Assembly: GCA_963841915.1 (NCBI GenBank)
Contig: CAWJEN010000003.1
Location: forward strand, 1-64,000
Source of the DNA: an uncultured Planctomycetota bacterium
Lineage (GTDB): Bacteria; Planctomycetota; Phycisphaerae; Tepidisphaerales; Tepidisphaeraceae
DNA: 64,000 nucleotides
Reading direction: 5' to 3'
The translations under genes and the position numbers were made by a program. The notes beneath the pieces were generated by a model. The model did not search any database. It was not told the DNA's origin and saw only the letters and a list, made by a program, of their open reading frames with translations. Positions 40,157-50,155 of this stretch are shown piece after piece (positions within the stretch are counted from its first letter, which is position 1; each line of letters starts with the position of its first letter).

Positions 40157-40716
40157 GACACCGAGAGAGACACGCAAGCTTGAAGAATCGCGTCCCGCTC
40201 CGCCAGCCGGCCCGCCCCCTGGTTGCGGCAGGCCAGCCATCCGCTGTCGGGGCCGACGAAGCTCACGCCGCGGGCCTTGAGCTTCTCGACCGCCTCCCCT
40301 GTCGCCGGGTTGGCCCACATGCGGTCGTTCATGCTCGGGGCCATCAGGACCGGGCAGGCCGACGCCGCGACGAGGAGGCTGACGACGTCGTCGCACAGGC
40401 CGACGGCGCACTTGCAAAGCAGGTGCATCGTCGCCGGGGCAATCAGCAGGAGGTCGGCCTTCTCGGTGAGCTTGATGTGCTGGGTGTCGGCGGCGTCGAC
40501 CTGGTTCCAGATGCCGGTGTGGACCGGCCGCTGCGTCAGCGCCTCGAAGGTCAGCGGCGTGACGAACTTCTGGGCGGCGTCGGTCATGGCGACGGTCACG
40601 CCGCAGCCGGCCTGGGCGAGCTTGCTGACGACGTCGCAGACCTTGTAGCACGCGATCCCGCCACCGACGCCGACGACGATCTCGCGGCCTTTGAGCGATG
40701 AGAGGTCGAGGTCCAC
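40153..40716 (-). CDS. coaC: Phosphopantothenoylcysteine decarboxylase (CoaC domain, stand-alone)
   Basis: GVGGGIACYK, AQKFVTPLTF, IAPAT, APSMN..MW.NP, G.LAC...G.GRL. Confidence 0.92.
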   Translation of the reverse strand: MDLDLSSLKGREIVVGVGGGIACYKVCDVVSKLAQAGCGVTVAMTDAAQKFVTPLTFEALTQRPVHTGIWNQVDAADTQHIKLTEKADLLLIAPATMHLLCKCAVGLCDDVVSLLVAASACPVLMAPSMNDRMWANPATGEAVEKLKARGVSFVGPDSGWLACRNQGAGRLAERDAILQACVSLSVS

Positions 40717-40737
40717 GCCCGTACCTTATGGTGCGAC

Positions 40738-42006
40738 GTGCAAGGCGACACCACGATCTGCGCCGTCGCCACGCCGCCGGGCGTAGCGGTGCGGGCCATC
40801 GTGCGGACGAGTGGGCCGATGGCCATTGCCGTCGCTGAGGAGGTGGCAGGGCATTCGCTGCGGATTAGATGTGCAACGGCTGTTGCGCTGCCTTTGGCGG
40901 GTGCGACCATTTCGGCGGAGGTCTATGTCTTTGCAGCCCCTTCATCCCACACGGCAGAAAATGTTGTCGAGTACCACCTGACCGGCGGCCCGCTCGTGTC
41001 GCGGCTGCTCATCGAACGGCTTCACGCGCTCGGCCTGCACGACGCTCAGCCCGGCGAGTTCACCGCCCGCGCGTTCCTCAACGGCAAGATCAGCCTCGAC
41101 CGGGCCGAGGCGGTGCAGCTTGCCATCGCAGCCGACAACGACGCCGATCTGCAGGCGGCCCATCGACTTCGGCAGGGTGCACTGGCGGACGTGCTGGCGG
41201 GACCGACGGGCCAGACGTCGCACCTGCTGGCGATGGCGGAGGCGGCAATTGATTTCGCCAGCGAGCCCGACGTCACGCCACTCCCGCACGAGGTGGCACG
41301 GCGTGAGTTGGCGTCGCTCCACGCGTCTTTGCTCGTACTCGTAGCTGATCAGCAGCGGGTGACCGCTGACGCTGTGCCGACCGTCGCTCTCGTCGGCCGC
41401 CCGAATGCGGGCAAGAGCACGCTGTTCAACGCGTTGCTGAAGCGGACCCGCACCGTCGCCTCCGAGCAAGCAGGTACCACACGCGACGCCGTCGCCGCTG
41501 ACGTCACGATCAACGGCATCAAGATGCGTTTACTCGACCTGCCTGGCATCGGAACCTTCTCCAACGCCGTCGATGCCGCGGCCAGCGATCGGGCGGCAAC
41601 GCTGTCCGAGTCGGCCGACGTGCGCGTTCTTGTCGTTGATCCCGCCGACACAAATCGGCAGGCGGCGGATCTTGTTGTCACGACAAAATCGGACATTACG
41701 CAGGCCGGTGAATTTCAGGTGTCTGCCGTCACCGGCGACGGCATGTCAACATTGGAGCAACGCCTGGCAACGCTCGCCGGCCGCACGTCAATCGGCAGCG
41801 CACTGCGACTCAACGCACGGCACGCCGGTCTCATCCGTCAGGCAGCAGATCACGTGGCCGACGCCCTTGCAGCGGTCGATGCCGGTGACGAGCTTGTCGC
41901 CTTCTCACTGCGCGAAGCGCTCGACGCCCTTGGTGAAGTTGTCGGCGTCGTCACACCCGACGACGTCCTGGGCAAGATCTTCAGCGGCTTTTGCGTCGGG
42001 AAGTAA
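40738..42006 (+). CDS. mnmE: tRNA modification GTPase MnmE
   Basis: DTTICAVATP, PGEFTARAFLNGK, GRPNAGKSTL, GTTRD, C-terminal IFSGFCVGK. Confidence 0.93.
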   Translation: MQGDTTICAVATPPGVAVRAIVRTSGPMAIAVAEEVAGHSLRIRCATAVALPLAGATISAEVYVFAAPSSHTAENVVEYHLTGGPLVSRLLIERLHALGLHDAQPGEFTARAFLNGKISLDRAEAVQLAIAADNDADLQAAHRLRQGALADVLAGPTGQTSHLLAMAEAAIDFASEPDVTPLPHEVARRELASLHASLLVLVADQQRVTADAVPTVALVGRPNAGKSTLFNALLKRTRTVASEQAGTTRDAVAADVTINGIKMRLLDLPGIGTFSNAVDAAASDRAATLSESADVRVLVVDPADTNRQAADLVVTTKSDITQAGEFQVSAVTGDGMSTLEQRLATLAGRTSIGSALRLNARHAGLIRQAADHVADALAAVDAGDELVAFSLREALDALGEVVGVVTPDDVLGKIFSGFCVGK

Positions 42007-42084
42007 GGAAACAGAGTGTCGTGCAACTCCCAGCCGGGTTGTCGCTGAAGACGAGAAGTCGTTACCCTTTTGCCGGACCACATT

Positions 42085-43971
42085 ATGAAACTTGCCATCA
42101 GCCCCATCGCTGTCTGCGTCGCCCTTGCCACTGGCCAGGCTCTCGCCAAGCCTGAATCGCCGCTTGCGGAACGCGTGCCGACGAACGCGCTCCTGTACGT
42201 CGGCTGGGCCGGCGCAGAATCGATTGTCGAGCAGTACGAAGGAACGCACACGCAGGCGCTGCTCGAGCAGAGCGAGATGCCAGCCGTGTTCAGCGAGTAT
42301 GTGCCCGAGCTGCTGGCGGCGCTCGGTCGCGAGGAACGCGACGCGCAGCCCGTCATCGACTTCGTGAACAACGTCGGCCCGATCCTCTGGCAAAAGCCGC
42401 ACGCGCTGGCGTTCGGTGGGATCGACTGGCAGTCACCGTTGAACGACGGCGACCCGATGCCGCGCATCATGGTCGTCGTCGATGCCGGTGATCAGGCCGC
42501 AGAATTGCGGGCCGGCATCACGCAGTCGCTGGCCAGCTGGGAGGCGTTGCAGCTCGTTCCGCTCATCCGTGAGCAGGATGGCTTTGTCTACATGAGTGTC
42601 GGTTACGGCGACATGGATCTGGCAGAGCTCGCCGCCGAAGGTGCGGGCGGGATGCCGGACAACGACCGTTTCGACCTGGCGATGAACAATCTGCCGGGCG
42701 GCTTCGAGCAGGGCACGCTGCTCAGCGCATACGTCGATGTTCCCGGCATGGCGGCCCTCGTTGTCGAGGCGATCGAGCTCGAGGGCGACGTGGAAGACGC
42801 ACAGCAGGTTCTGGAGGTGATGGACGTGCTCGGCCTCGACACGGTCGGCGACCTGTCGTACGCGATCGGCTTCGACGGCGACATGTTCGTTGCCAGCGCC
42901 TTCTTCGGCCTGCCCGGCGAGCGTGACGGCCTGTTCCGCCTGCTGCCTGCCGTCGGTGACGGGCTCGATAGTGAGACGATCGACCAGATCCCGGCCGACA
43001 GCACGATGGTCGCCGCGACCCGCTTCGAGGTCGGTCAGCTCATCCCGGTCATCCGCGACGTCGTCAACCGGCTTTCGCCTGAGAACGCCGAAAACATCGA
43101 TCAAGGCCTGCAGTTCGCCAACATGTTCGGCGGGGCCGACCTTGAGCAGGACGTGCTCGGCAACGTCGGCCCGACGTGGGGCTTCTTCGTCAGCCCGAGC
43201 GTCGGCAATGACCTCATCGGCGGCGTGGTCGTCAACCGTCCGGCCGATGCCGACAAGCTCACCGCCGCACTGCGTGGCCTGTCGCTCAACCTCACGAGCG
43301 TCGCCAACGGCCAACTGCGTCAGGAGACCGACGGCATGGTCCGGATTCCGGCCCGCACGGTTGAGCGGGACGGCGAAACGTTCTACCTGCTCAACGCACC
43401 GGTGCTCGCGCCGACGTGGAGCATCGCCGACGGCACGCTGACACTCGGCCTGCTGCCGCAAAGTGCTATTGCCGCCCGGCAGGTCAAGGGCGGCTTCACC
43501 AGTGGTGACGCGGCGGCCAAGGTGATGGAGCTGACCGACGGCAACGTGCCGATCAGCATGACCTACGCGGCCCTGCCGACGATGGTGCCGGACACGTACC
43601 CGGCATTTCTCGCCCTGACGCAGGCGGCCTTCGGTGCCGGTGACCTTCTGGGCGACTTCCTGAGGACGACGCCCCCGACGATGGTCCTGCCGCCGCTTCC
43701 GACGGTGATGGAGCACGTGACGCCCAGCATGTCCGCCTCGTGGCAAACCGACGCCGGCATCATGGTCCGCAGCGTCGAGCCGTTCCCGGCCAGTGGCCTG
43801 CTCATCGATTCGGGCAACGTCGGCGGATTGCTCAACTCAATTGGTACCGTGGCTCCGCTTCTGAGCGGTAATGGCGTTCATTCCAGGCCGATGGAGTTCG
43901 AGGAATTCGAGTTCGAGGACATGCAAGACGCCGAAGACGCCGACGGTGCTCGACTAGAAGTCGGCGAATGA
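42085..43971 (+). CDS. Secreted hypothetical protein (DUF3352-like)
   Basis: Signal peptide; two similar halves (VP.NALLY and IPADS.MV starts); acidic. Confidence 0.7.
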   Translation: MKLAISPIAVCVALATGQALAKPESPLAERVPTNALLYVGWAGAESIVEQYEGTHTQALLEQSEMPAVFSEYVPELLAALGREERDAQPVIDFVNNVGPILWQKPHALAFGGIDWQSPLNDGDPMPRIMVVVDAGDQAAELRAGITQSLASWEALQLVPLIREQDGFVYMSVGYGDMDLAELAAEGAGGMPDNDRFDLAMNNLPGGFEQGTLLSAYVDVPGMAALVVEAIELEGDVEDAQQVLEVMDVLGLDTVGDLSYAIGFDGDMFVASAFFGLPGERDGLFRLLPAVGDGLDSETIDQIPADSTMVAATRFEVGQLIPVIRDVVNRLSPENAENIDQGLQFANMFGGADLEQDVLGNVGPTWGFFVSPSVGNDLIGGVVVNRPADADKLTAALRGLSLNLTSVANGQLRQETDGMVRIPARTVERDGETFYLLNAPVLAPTWSIADGTLTLGLLPQSAIAARQVKGGFTSGDAAAKVMELTDGNVPISMTYAALPTMVPDTYPAFLALTQAAFGAGDLLGDFLRTTPPTMVLPPLPTVMEHVTPSMSASWQTDAGIMVRSVEPFPASGLLIDSGNVGGLLNSIGTVAPLLSGNGVHSRPMEFEEFEFEDMQDAEDADGARLEVGE

Positions 43972-44855
43972 GCAAGCCAGCTGAAACTCTGCTCTTCGGC
44001 TCTCACCTGTCGATCGCCGGCGGCTTGTACAAGGCCGTCGATGCGGCGACAGGTTTGGGTATGCGGGCGGTCCAGATCTTCACGAAGAATCAGAAGACCT
44101 GGGCCGCTCCGCCGTTGACGACCGCGGCCATCGACGGCTGGCGGACGGCGTGTGACAACGCCGGCTTCACCCAGACCGTCAGCCACGCAAGCTACCTCAT
44201 CAACCTCGCCTCGCCGGACCCGGCCCAGCGGAAGAAGAGCGTCGACTTGTTCGTCGATGAGATTCGCCGGTGCGATGCGCTCGGCGTGCCGTGGCTGGTC
44301 GCCCATCCGGGTGCCCACATGGGTGAGGGCGAGACGGCGGGCATCGAGCGAATCGCCAAAGGGCTTGACACAATCTTCGGCCGCACGAAGAAGAGCCAGA
44401 CGATCGTCTGCCTAGAGAGCACCGCCGGGCAGGGCAGCAGTGTCGGGCACAAGCTCGAGCATCTGGCCGAGATCATCGCGAGCAGCAAGCATCCGGAGCG
44501 GCTGGCGGTGTGCCTCGACACGGCCCATCTGTTTGCCGCCGGCTACGACTTTCGCGGCAGAAAATACGCCGGCTTCGTCAAGGAGCTGGACGCCACCGTT
44601 GGTGTCGATCACGTGAAGGTCTGGCACATCAATGACAGCAAGAAAGAGCTCGGCAGCCGCGTCGACCGCCATGAGCACATCGGCCGCGGTACGATCGGCG
44701 ACGACGGCTTCCGCCCACTCGTCCGCGACAAGCGGTGGAAGAACATCCCGATGATCCTCGAAACGCCCAAGGGCGAGGATGACGAAGGCACCGCCTGGGA
44801 CGCGATCAACATGCAGCGCCTCCGCGATCTGACAACCGGGCCATCATCTGCGTAA
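43968..44855 (+). CDS. nfo: Endonuclease IV
   Basis: GSHLSIAGG, HASYLINLAS, HPG, LESTAGQG, CLDTAH, HINDSK, DRHEHIG, ILETP. Confidence 0.95.
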   Translation: MSKPAETLLFGSHLSIAGGLYKAVDAATGLGMRAVQIFTKNQKTWAAPPLTTAAIDGWRTACDNAGFTQTVSHASYLINLASPDPAQRKKSVDLFVDEIRRCDALGVPWLVAHPGAHMGEGETAGIERIAKGLDTIFGRTKKSQTIVCLESTAGQGSSVGHKLEHLAEIIASSKHPERLAVCLDTAHLFAAGYDFRGRKYAGFVKELDATVGVDHVKVWHINDSKKELGSRVDRHEHIGRGTIGDDGFRPLVRDKRWKNIPMILETPKGEDDEGTAWDAINMQRLRDLTTGPSSA

Positions 44856-44865
44856 CCTGCGGCCG

Positions 44866-46017
<1,152 letters not shown>

Positions 46018-46123
46018 ACGCTCTGTCTTTTGCGGATGCGAAGTCGGAACGTTTGGGCGGGAAGAAGGTCGCGTGTGCCAGGTGGATTGGCAACCCGGCG
46101 GCCGACCGCTCGGCGAGCCACGC

Positions 46124-49100
46124 TCAAAGCTTCGCCAGATCCGCCTCGGCTTTGGCAAGCTGATCCCGCGTCTCTTGCACCAAGTGCGGGGGAGCCCGAT
46201 CGGTGTACCCCTTGTTGGACAAGCGGCCGGACAAGGCGGCGACCTGCTTCTGAAGCGCCGCCTTCTCCTTGGCGACGCGGTCGGCGTCGGCGGCCTTGTC
46301 CACGACGCCGCCGACGCGGATCGTTGTGTCGGCAGCCGTCGTTTCGGCCGCGTCCTCGACCGTCTCCTTCACCTCACAGTTGGCCCAAAGCTCAAGGGTC
46401 TGGCGCACATCGTCGGCCACCTCGACCGCGACCGGCACCGTCTGTCGCGGCGGTACCTTGTTCTCCGTTCGCACGCGACGCACCGCCTCGGCGATCTCGC
46501 GGACCCGCTCGATCGACGCCTCGGCCGCTTCGTCGGCAAACGTCACCGTCGGCCAGGCGGCGGTAATGCACCGCTCGTTTGCCGGCAAGTCGATGACGCC
46601 TTCGATGCCGCGCGTGGGCATGGCTTCGTTCAGTGCCCACCAAAGGCGTTCGCTGACGAACGGCATGATCGGGTGCATCAGTCGAAGCGCGCCGTCCAGG
46701 CAGGCCGCCAACGTCGCAGCGGCGGCGGCATCCTGGGCCTTCATCCGCGGCTTCGTCGACTCGACGTACCAGTCGCAGAAGTCCCGCCAGAAGAAGTCGT
46801 AGATGGCCGTCGCGTATCGGTCAAAGCGATAGTCGGCCAGGGCCGCGTCGCATTCGCGGACGGCCGCGGCGAGGCGCGACAGGATCCACCGGTCGGCGGT
46901 GGTCAGATCAATCTCGCCTGTCACATCGGCGTTGTGCAGGTTCGAGATGACAAACCGCCCGGCGTTCCAGATCTTGTTGGCAAAGTTGCGGCCGTGATCG
47001 AACTTGCTGCTCGTTGTGCCGGCCGCGGGTCGGTCGTCGGTCGCCGTCGCTTCACCGCTGGCGATGCCGTATGGGCTGACGCTGTGCTTGCCTTTGTGCT
47101 CCTGGATCGGCTTGAAGACGGTGTAGCCGCTGTTGTTGGTGAAGGTTTGGCCCGGGAAGGTCTCGCCGGTGTGCGGGTCGACGAGGTCGACGGGCAGGCG
47201 GACGTCCTGCGTGTGGGTCGTCATGCCGCAGAGCGTGAACCGCATGGCGTCGGCGCCGTGGGAGTCGATGACCGCCAGCGGGTCGACGCCGTTGCCGAGC
47301 GACTTGCTCATCTTCTGGCCGTGGCCGTCCTGGATCATCGCGTGGATGAAGACGTCTTTGAACGGCAGGTGCGACGCGTCCGCCCCACGCGGGCCCCGAC
47401 CGTGAGGGAGGGGTTCTGAATGAAGTTCTGAAAGGGTCGCTGGATCGAGTTCTGATGTCTGGCGGTCGTCCAGAACCCCTCCCTGACGGTCGGGGCTCGC
47501 GTGAGACTGTTCGACATCTTTTTTCGAGTCGGAGCGCTGCTCGTCGGGGTGGGCGAGGAGGTAGCGGTTGAACATGACCATCCGCGAGACCCACAGCGTG
47601 ATGATCTCGCGTGCGGTGCACAGGACGCTGGTCGGGTTCCACTGCTCGAGCGCGGGCGTGCGGTCGGGCCAGCCGAGCGTGCTCATCGGCCACAGGGCAC
47701 TGGAAAACCAGGTGTCGAGGACGTCGGGGTCCTGCTCAAATCCTGCCTTGTCCAGCTCACCAAGGAACTTGTCCGCATTGCTTGGGACGGCGTACTGGTA
47801 TCCCCACGAGCTGTCCGCTCGGCGATAGGAGTAGTACGGCGCGATGCCGTGCGGATCATCGGGATCGCCGAACGTGAGTTCATTGGGTTCCGTGCTCTCG
47901 CCCGGATCGAGGTCGCTCTGGTAAAGCGCCGACTGTGACCCGCTCCACACCGGGATCCGGTGCCCCCACCAAAGTTGGCGGCTGATGCACCAGTCGCGGA
48001 GGGCGGCGTTCCACTGCGTGTAGGTCTTGGCGTACCGGTCGGGCACGAACCGCAGCACGTCGTCGCCCAACGCGAACGATCCCTGCGAGCCCCGACCGTC
48101 AGGGAGGGGTTCTGATTCTGAGCGAGCCCCCGACACCCCTCCCTCACGGTCGGGGCTCGCATCGCTCTCGACGCTCTCGACGGACGCGGGGTTGAGCGGG
48201 CGCCCCTGACGATCGACCGTGTACCGGATCGCCCCCTCAACCGACCCCGACGTTTTGAGATAGCGCGTGCTCCCGTGACGGGTCCAGACCTTGCGCTCCC
48301 CGTCGACGAGCGACTCCTCTCGAAGACGACGCGTCGCGTACGCCTTGAAGTCCGTCATGACCTTCTCCGGCGTCGCGTCGGCCGACACGACGGCGTGCAG
48401 GTGGTTCGACCGCACGTGCAGCGCGTGAAGCGTCCAGCCGCGGTGTCGGCAGACGTCGACGATCGCGTCTTGCACCGTAATCCGCTGGGCCTCGTCGAGC
48501 TCCGTCGGCTCATGCTTGAGGCGGGCGAACTGGCGACGCTCTTCGTCTTCGTCGCCAACGAGGTAGGGCTCGCCCGGGATGTTGTGTCGTTTGGGGTCGG
48601 CGCTTCCGAGCTCGCGACCCTGGAGCCAGGTTCCGTAGGTCGTGAACGTGATGAGATACGAGAGGGTCTCCCGCGAGCCCTGAGCGTGAGCGAGGGGTTC
48701 TGAGCGAGAAGCGGAATCCCCTCCCTCACGGTCGGGGCTCGCGGGGATTTTCTCGCATCCCGTCAGTGCGGTGAGTGCGAGACCTGCGAGCGAATTCGCC
48801 GGGACGTCGGTGCCCTCGACCTTGCCGGTGTCGGGCATCCACGGAATCGGCTTCTGGACCGCGACGTACCACTGGTCACTCAGGTACGGCTCGACCGGCA
48901 CGTGGCTGCGGTAGCTGTGGCCGACGCTGTGGCGGTACGGGCGGACCTCCTCGAGCAGGTCGTGCTCCTTGAACCACGAGACGATCGCCTCGCGGGCGGC
49001 CTCGCGGGAGAGGCCGACGAACTGCCTGGCGGCGTCGGTCTCGGGCGTCCAGCCGTGTGCGTCGGAGATCGACGCGTCGGGGGCCATGATGTTGATGGCC

Positions 49101-50155
49101 GCAAGGCTGTGCCGCTGGCCGATGTCCCAGTCGTTGGGATCGTGAGCGGGCGTGACCTTCAGGAAGCCGGTGGCAAACTTGGCCTTGGGGTCGCTTTCAT
49201 CGCTCGGCATGACCACGTAGTCGTCCTCGACGATCGGGATCTCGCGGTCGACGATCGGCAGCAGGACCTTCTTCCCGCGCAACCCCGCCGCCCTCGGGTC
49301 GTTCGGGTTGATGGCGACGGCGGTGTCGCCGAGCATCGTCTCGGGACGCGTCGTGGCGACGACGACATACTCGAGTTCTCCGTCGCGAGCCCCGACCGTG
49401 AGGGAGGGGTCCGGGTCGCTCGAGGAAGACCCCTCCCTCACGGTCGGGGCTCGCGAGGTGCTCTCGGGTCGGGTCTCGTTCAACGGCGCGAGCGGATAAC
49501 GCAGGTAGTAGAACTTCCCATCGATCTCCTCGTTCTCAACCTCGTCGTCGGCGAGGGCGGTTTGGGTGACGGGGTCCCAATTGACCAGCCGCTTGCCGCG
49601 GTAGATGAGGCCGTCCTTGAAGAGGCGGAAGAAGGCCTCTCTCACGGCCGCGGCTCGTGGGGGGTCCATCGTGAAGGCGGTGCGTTCGAAGTCGCAGCTG
49701 CAGCCCATTGCCTTGAGCTGGCCGAGGATGACGGTTTCGTATTCGTCCTTCCACGCCTGGACCTTGCCGATGAACTGCTCGCGTCCCGGCTGGCCGGCCG
49801 CTTCGTCGAGCTTGTAGTCCTTCAGCGCCTTCTCACCCGCCGCCTGGAGCCGTTTGTCGACGACCGTTTGCGTCGCAATGCCCGCATGGTCGGTGCCGGG
49901 AATCCAGACCGCGTTCAGCCCCCGCATGCGGGCGTGACGCACCAGAATGTCCTGGATCGTGTTGTTCAGCGCGTGCCCGAGGTGCAGCGCAGCGGTCACA
50001 TTGGGCGGCGGGATGACGACGCTGAACGGCTCCTTGCTTGCGTCGGGCTCGGCGTGGAACAGCCGCTCGTCGTCCCAAACCTTCGCCACCTCGCTCTGCA
50101 CGGCAGTGGCGTCGTAACGGGGCGGCAGCTCGGTCGTCGGGGTCGTGTCAGACAT
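46124..50155 (-). CDS. valS: Valyl-tRNA synthetase with in-frame REP doublets and an embedded transposase domain
   Basis: PPPNVT.LHLGH (HIGH), ATTRPET, KVTPAHD, WCISRQLWWGH, DTWFSS, KMSKS, DWYVE, C-terminal coiled coil; uninterrupted frame. Confidence 0.96.
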   Translation of the reverse strand: MSDTTPTTELPPRYDATAVQSEVAKVWDDERLFHAEPDASKEPFSVVIPPPNVTAALHLGHALNNTIQDILVRHARMRGLNAVWIPGTDHAGIATQTVVDKRLQAAGEKALKDYKLDEAAGQPGREQFIGKVQAWKDEYETVILGQLKAMGCSCDFERTAFTMDPPRAAAVREAFFRLFKDGLIYRGKRLVNWDPVTQTALADDEVENEEIDGKFYYLRYPLAPLNETRPESTSRAPTVREGSSSSDPDPSLTVGARDGELEYVVVATTRPETMLGDTAVAINPNDPRAAGLRGKKVLLPIVDREIPIVEDDYVVMPSDESDPKAKFATGFLKVTPAHDPNDWDIGQRHSLAAINIMAPDASISDAHGWTPETDAARQFVGLSREAAREAIVSWFKEHDLLEEVRPYRHSVGHSYRSHVPVEPYLSDQWYVAVQKPIPWMPDTGKVEGTDVPANSLAGLALTALTGCEKIPASPDREGGDSASRSEPLAHAQGSRETLSYLITFTTYGTWLQGRELGSADPKRHNIPGEPYLVGDEDEERRQFARLKHEPTELDEAQRITVQDAIVDVCRHRGWTLHALHVRSNHLHAVVSADATPEKVMTDFKAYATRRLREESLVDGERKVWTRHGSTRYLKTSGSVEGAIRYTVDRQGRPLNPASVESVESDASPDREGGVSGARSESEPLPDGRGSQGSFALGDDVLRFVPDRYAKTYTQWNAALRDWCISRQLWWGHRIPVWSGSQSALYQSDLDPGESTEPNELTFGDPDDPHGIAPYYSYRRADSSWGYQYAVPSNADKFLGELDKAGFEQDPDVLDTWFSSALWPMSTLGWPDRTPALEQWNPTSVLCTAREIITLWVSRMVMFNRYLLAHPDEQRSDSKKDVEQSHASPDRQGGVLDDRQTSELDPATLSELHSEPLPHGRGPRGADASHLPFKDVFIHAMIQDGHGQKMSKSLGNGVDPLAVIDSHGADAMRFTLCGMTTHTQDVRLPVDLVDPHTGETFPGQTFTNNSGYTVFKPIQEHKGKHSVSPYGIASGEATATDDRPAAGTTSSKFDHGRNFANKIWNAGRFVISNLHNADVTGEIDLTTADRWILSRLAAAVRECDAALADYRFDRYATAIYDFFWRDFCDWYVESTKPRMKAQDAAAAATLAACLDGALRLMHPIMPFVSERLWWALNEAMPTRGIEGVIDLPANERCITAAWPTVTFADEAAEASIERVREIAEAVRRVRTENKVPPRQTVPVAVEVADDVRQTLELWANCEVKETVEDAAETTAADTTIRVGGVVDKAADADRVAKEKAALQKQVAALSGRLSNKGYTDRAPPHLVQETRDQLAKAEADLAKL
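47386..47503. repeat. REP doublet 4 inside valS (solo)
   Basis: 33-bp arms 47386-47418 and 47471-47503 with 2 mismatches; encodes ASPDRQGG...PLPHGRG. Confidence 0.9.
48084..48161. repeat. REP doublet 3 inside valS (downstream flank of the transposase domain)
   Basis: 27-bp arms 48084-48110 and 48135-48161 with 1 mismatch; encodes ASPDREGG...PLPDGRGS. Confidence 0.9.
48670..48745. repeat. REP doublet 2 inside valS (upstream flank of the transposase domain)
   Basis: 28-bp arms 48670-48697 and 48718-48745 with 3 mismatches; encodes ASPDREGG...PLAHAQGS. Confidence 0.88.
49383..49456. repeat. REP doublet 1 inside valS (solo)
   Basis: Perfect 29-bp inverted repeat 49383-49411 and 49428-49456; encodes RAPTVREG...PSLTVGAR. 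Confidence 0.92.

Larger units (their letters stand above)
48084..48745 (-). mobile_element. REP-flanked HUH/Y1 (RAYT/IS200-like) transposase module inserted in frame in valS
   Basis: YLITFTTYGTWL (Tyr codon 48656-48658), HUH motif NHLH (48395-48406), KVWTRHGS, AIRYTVDRQ (Tyr codon 48221-48223); a REP doublet on each side. Confidence 0.85.

Noticed and set aside
48070..48765. Intein as the explanation for the valS insertion
   Set aside because: No C-terminal His-Asn followed by Cys/Ser/Thr and no Hint or LAGLIDADG blocks; the motifs are HUH/Y1 instead
47386..49456. CRISPR array
   Set aside because: Repeats are inverted pairs at irregular distances inside a CDS; no cas genes in the window
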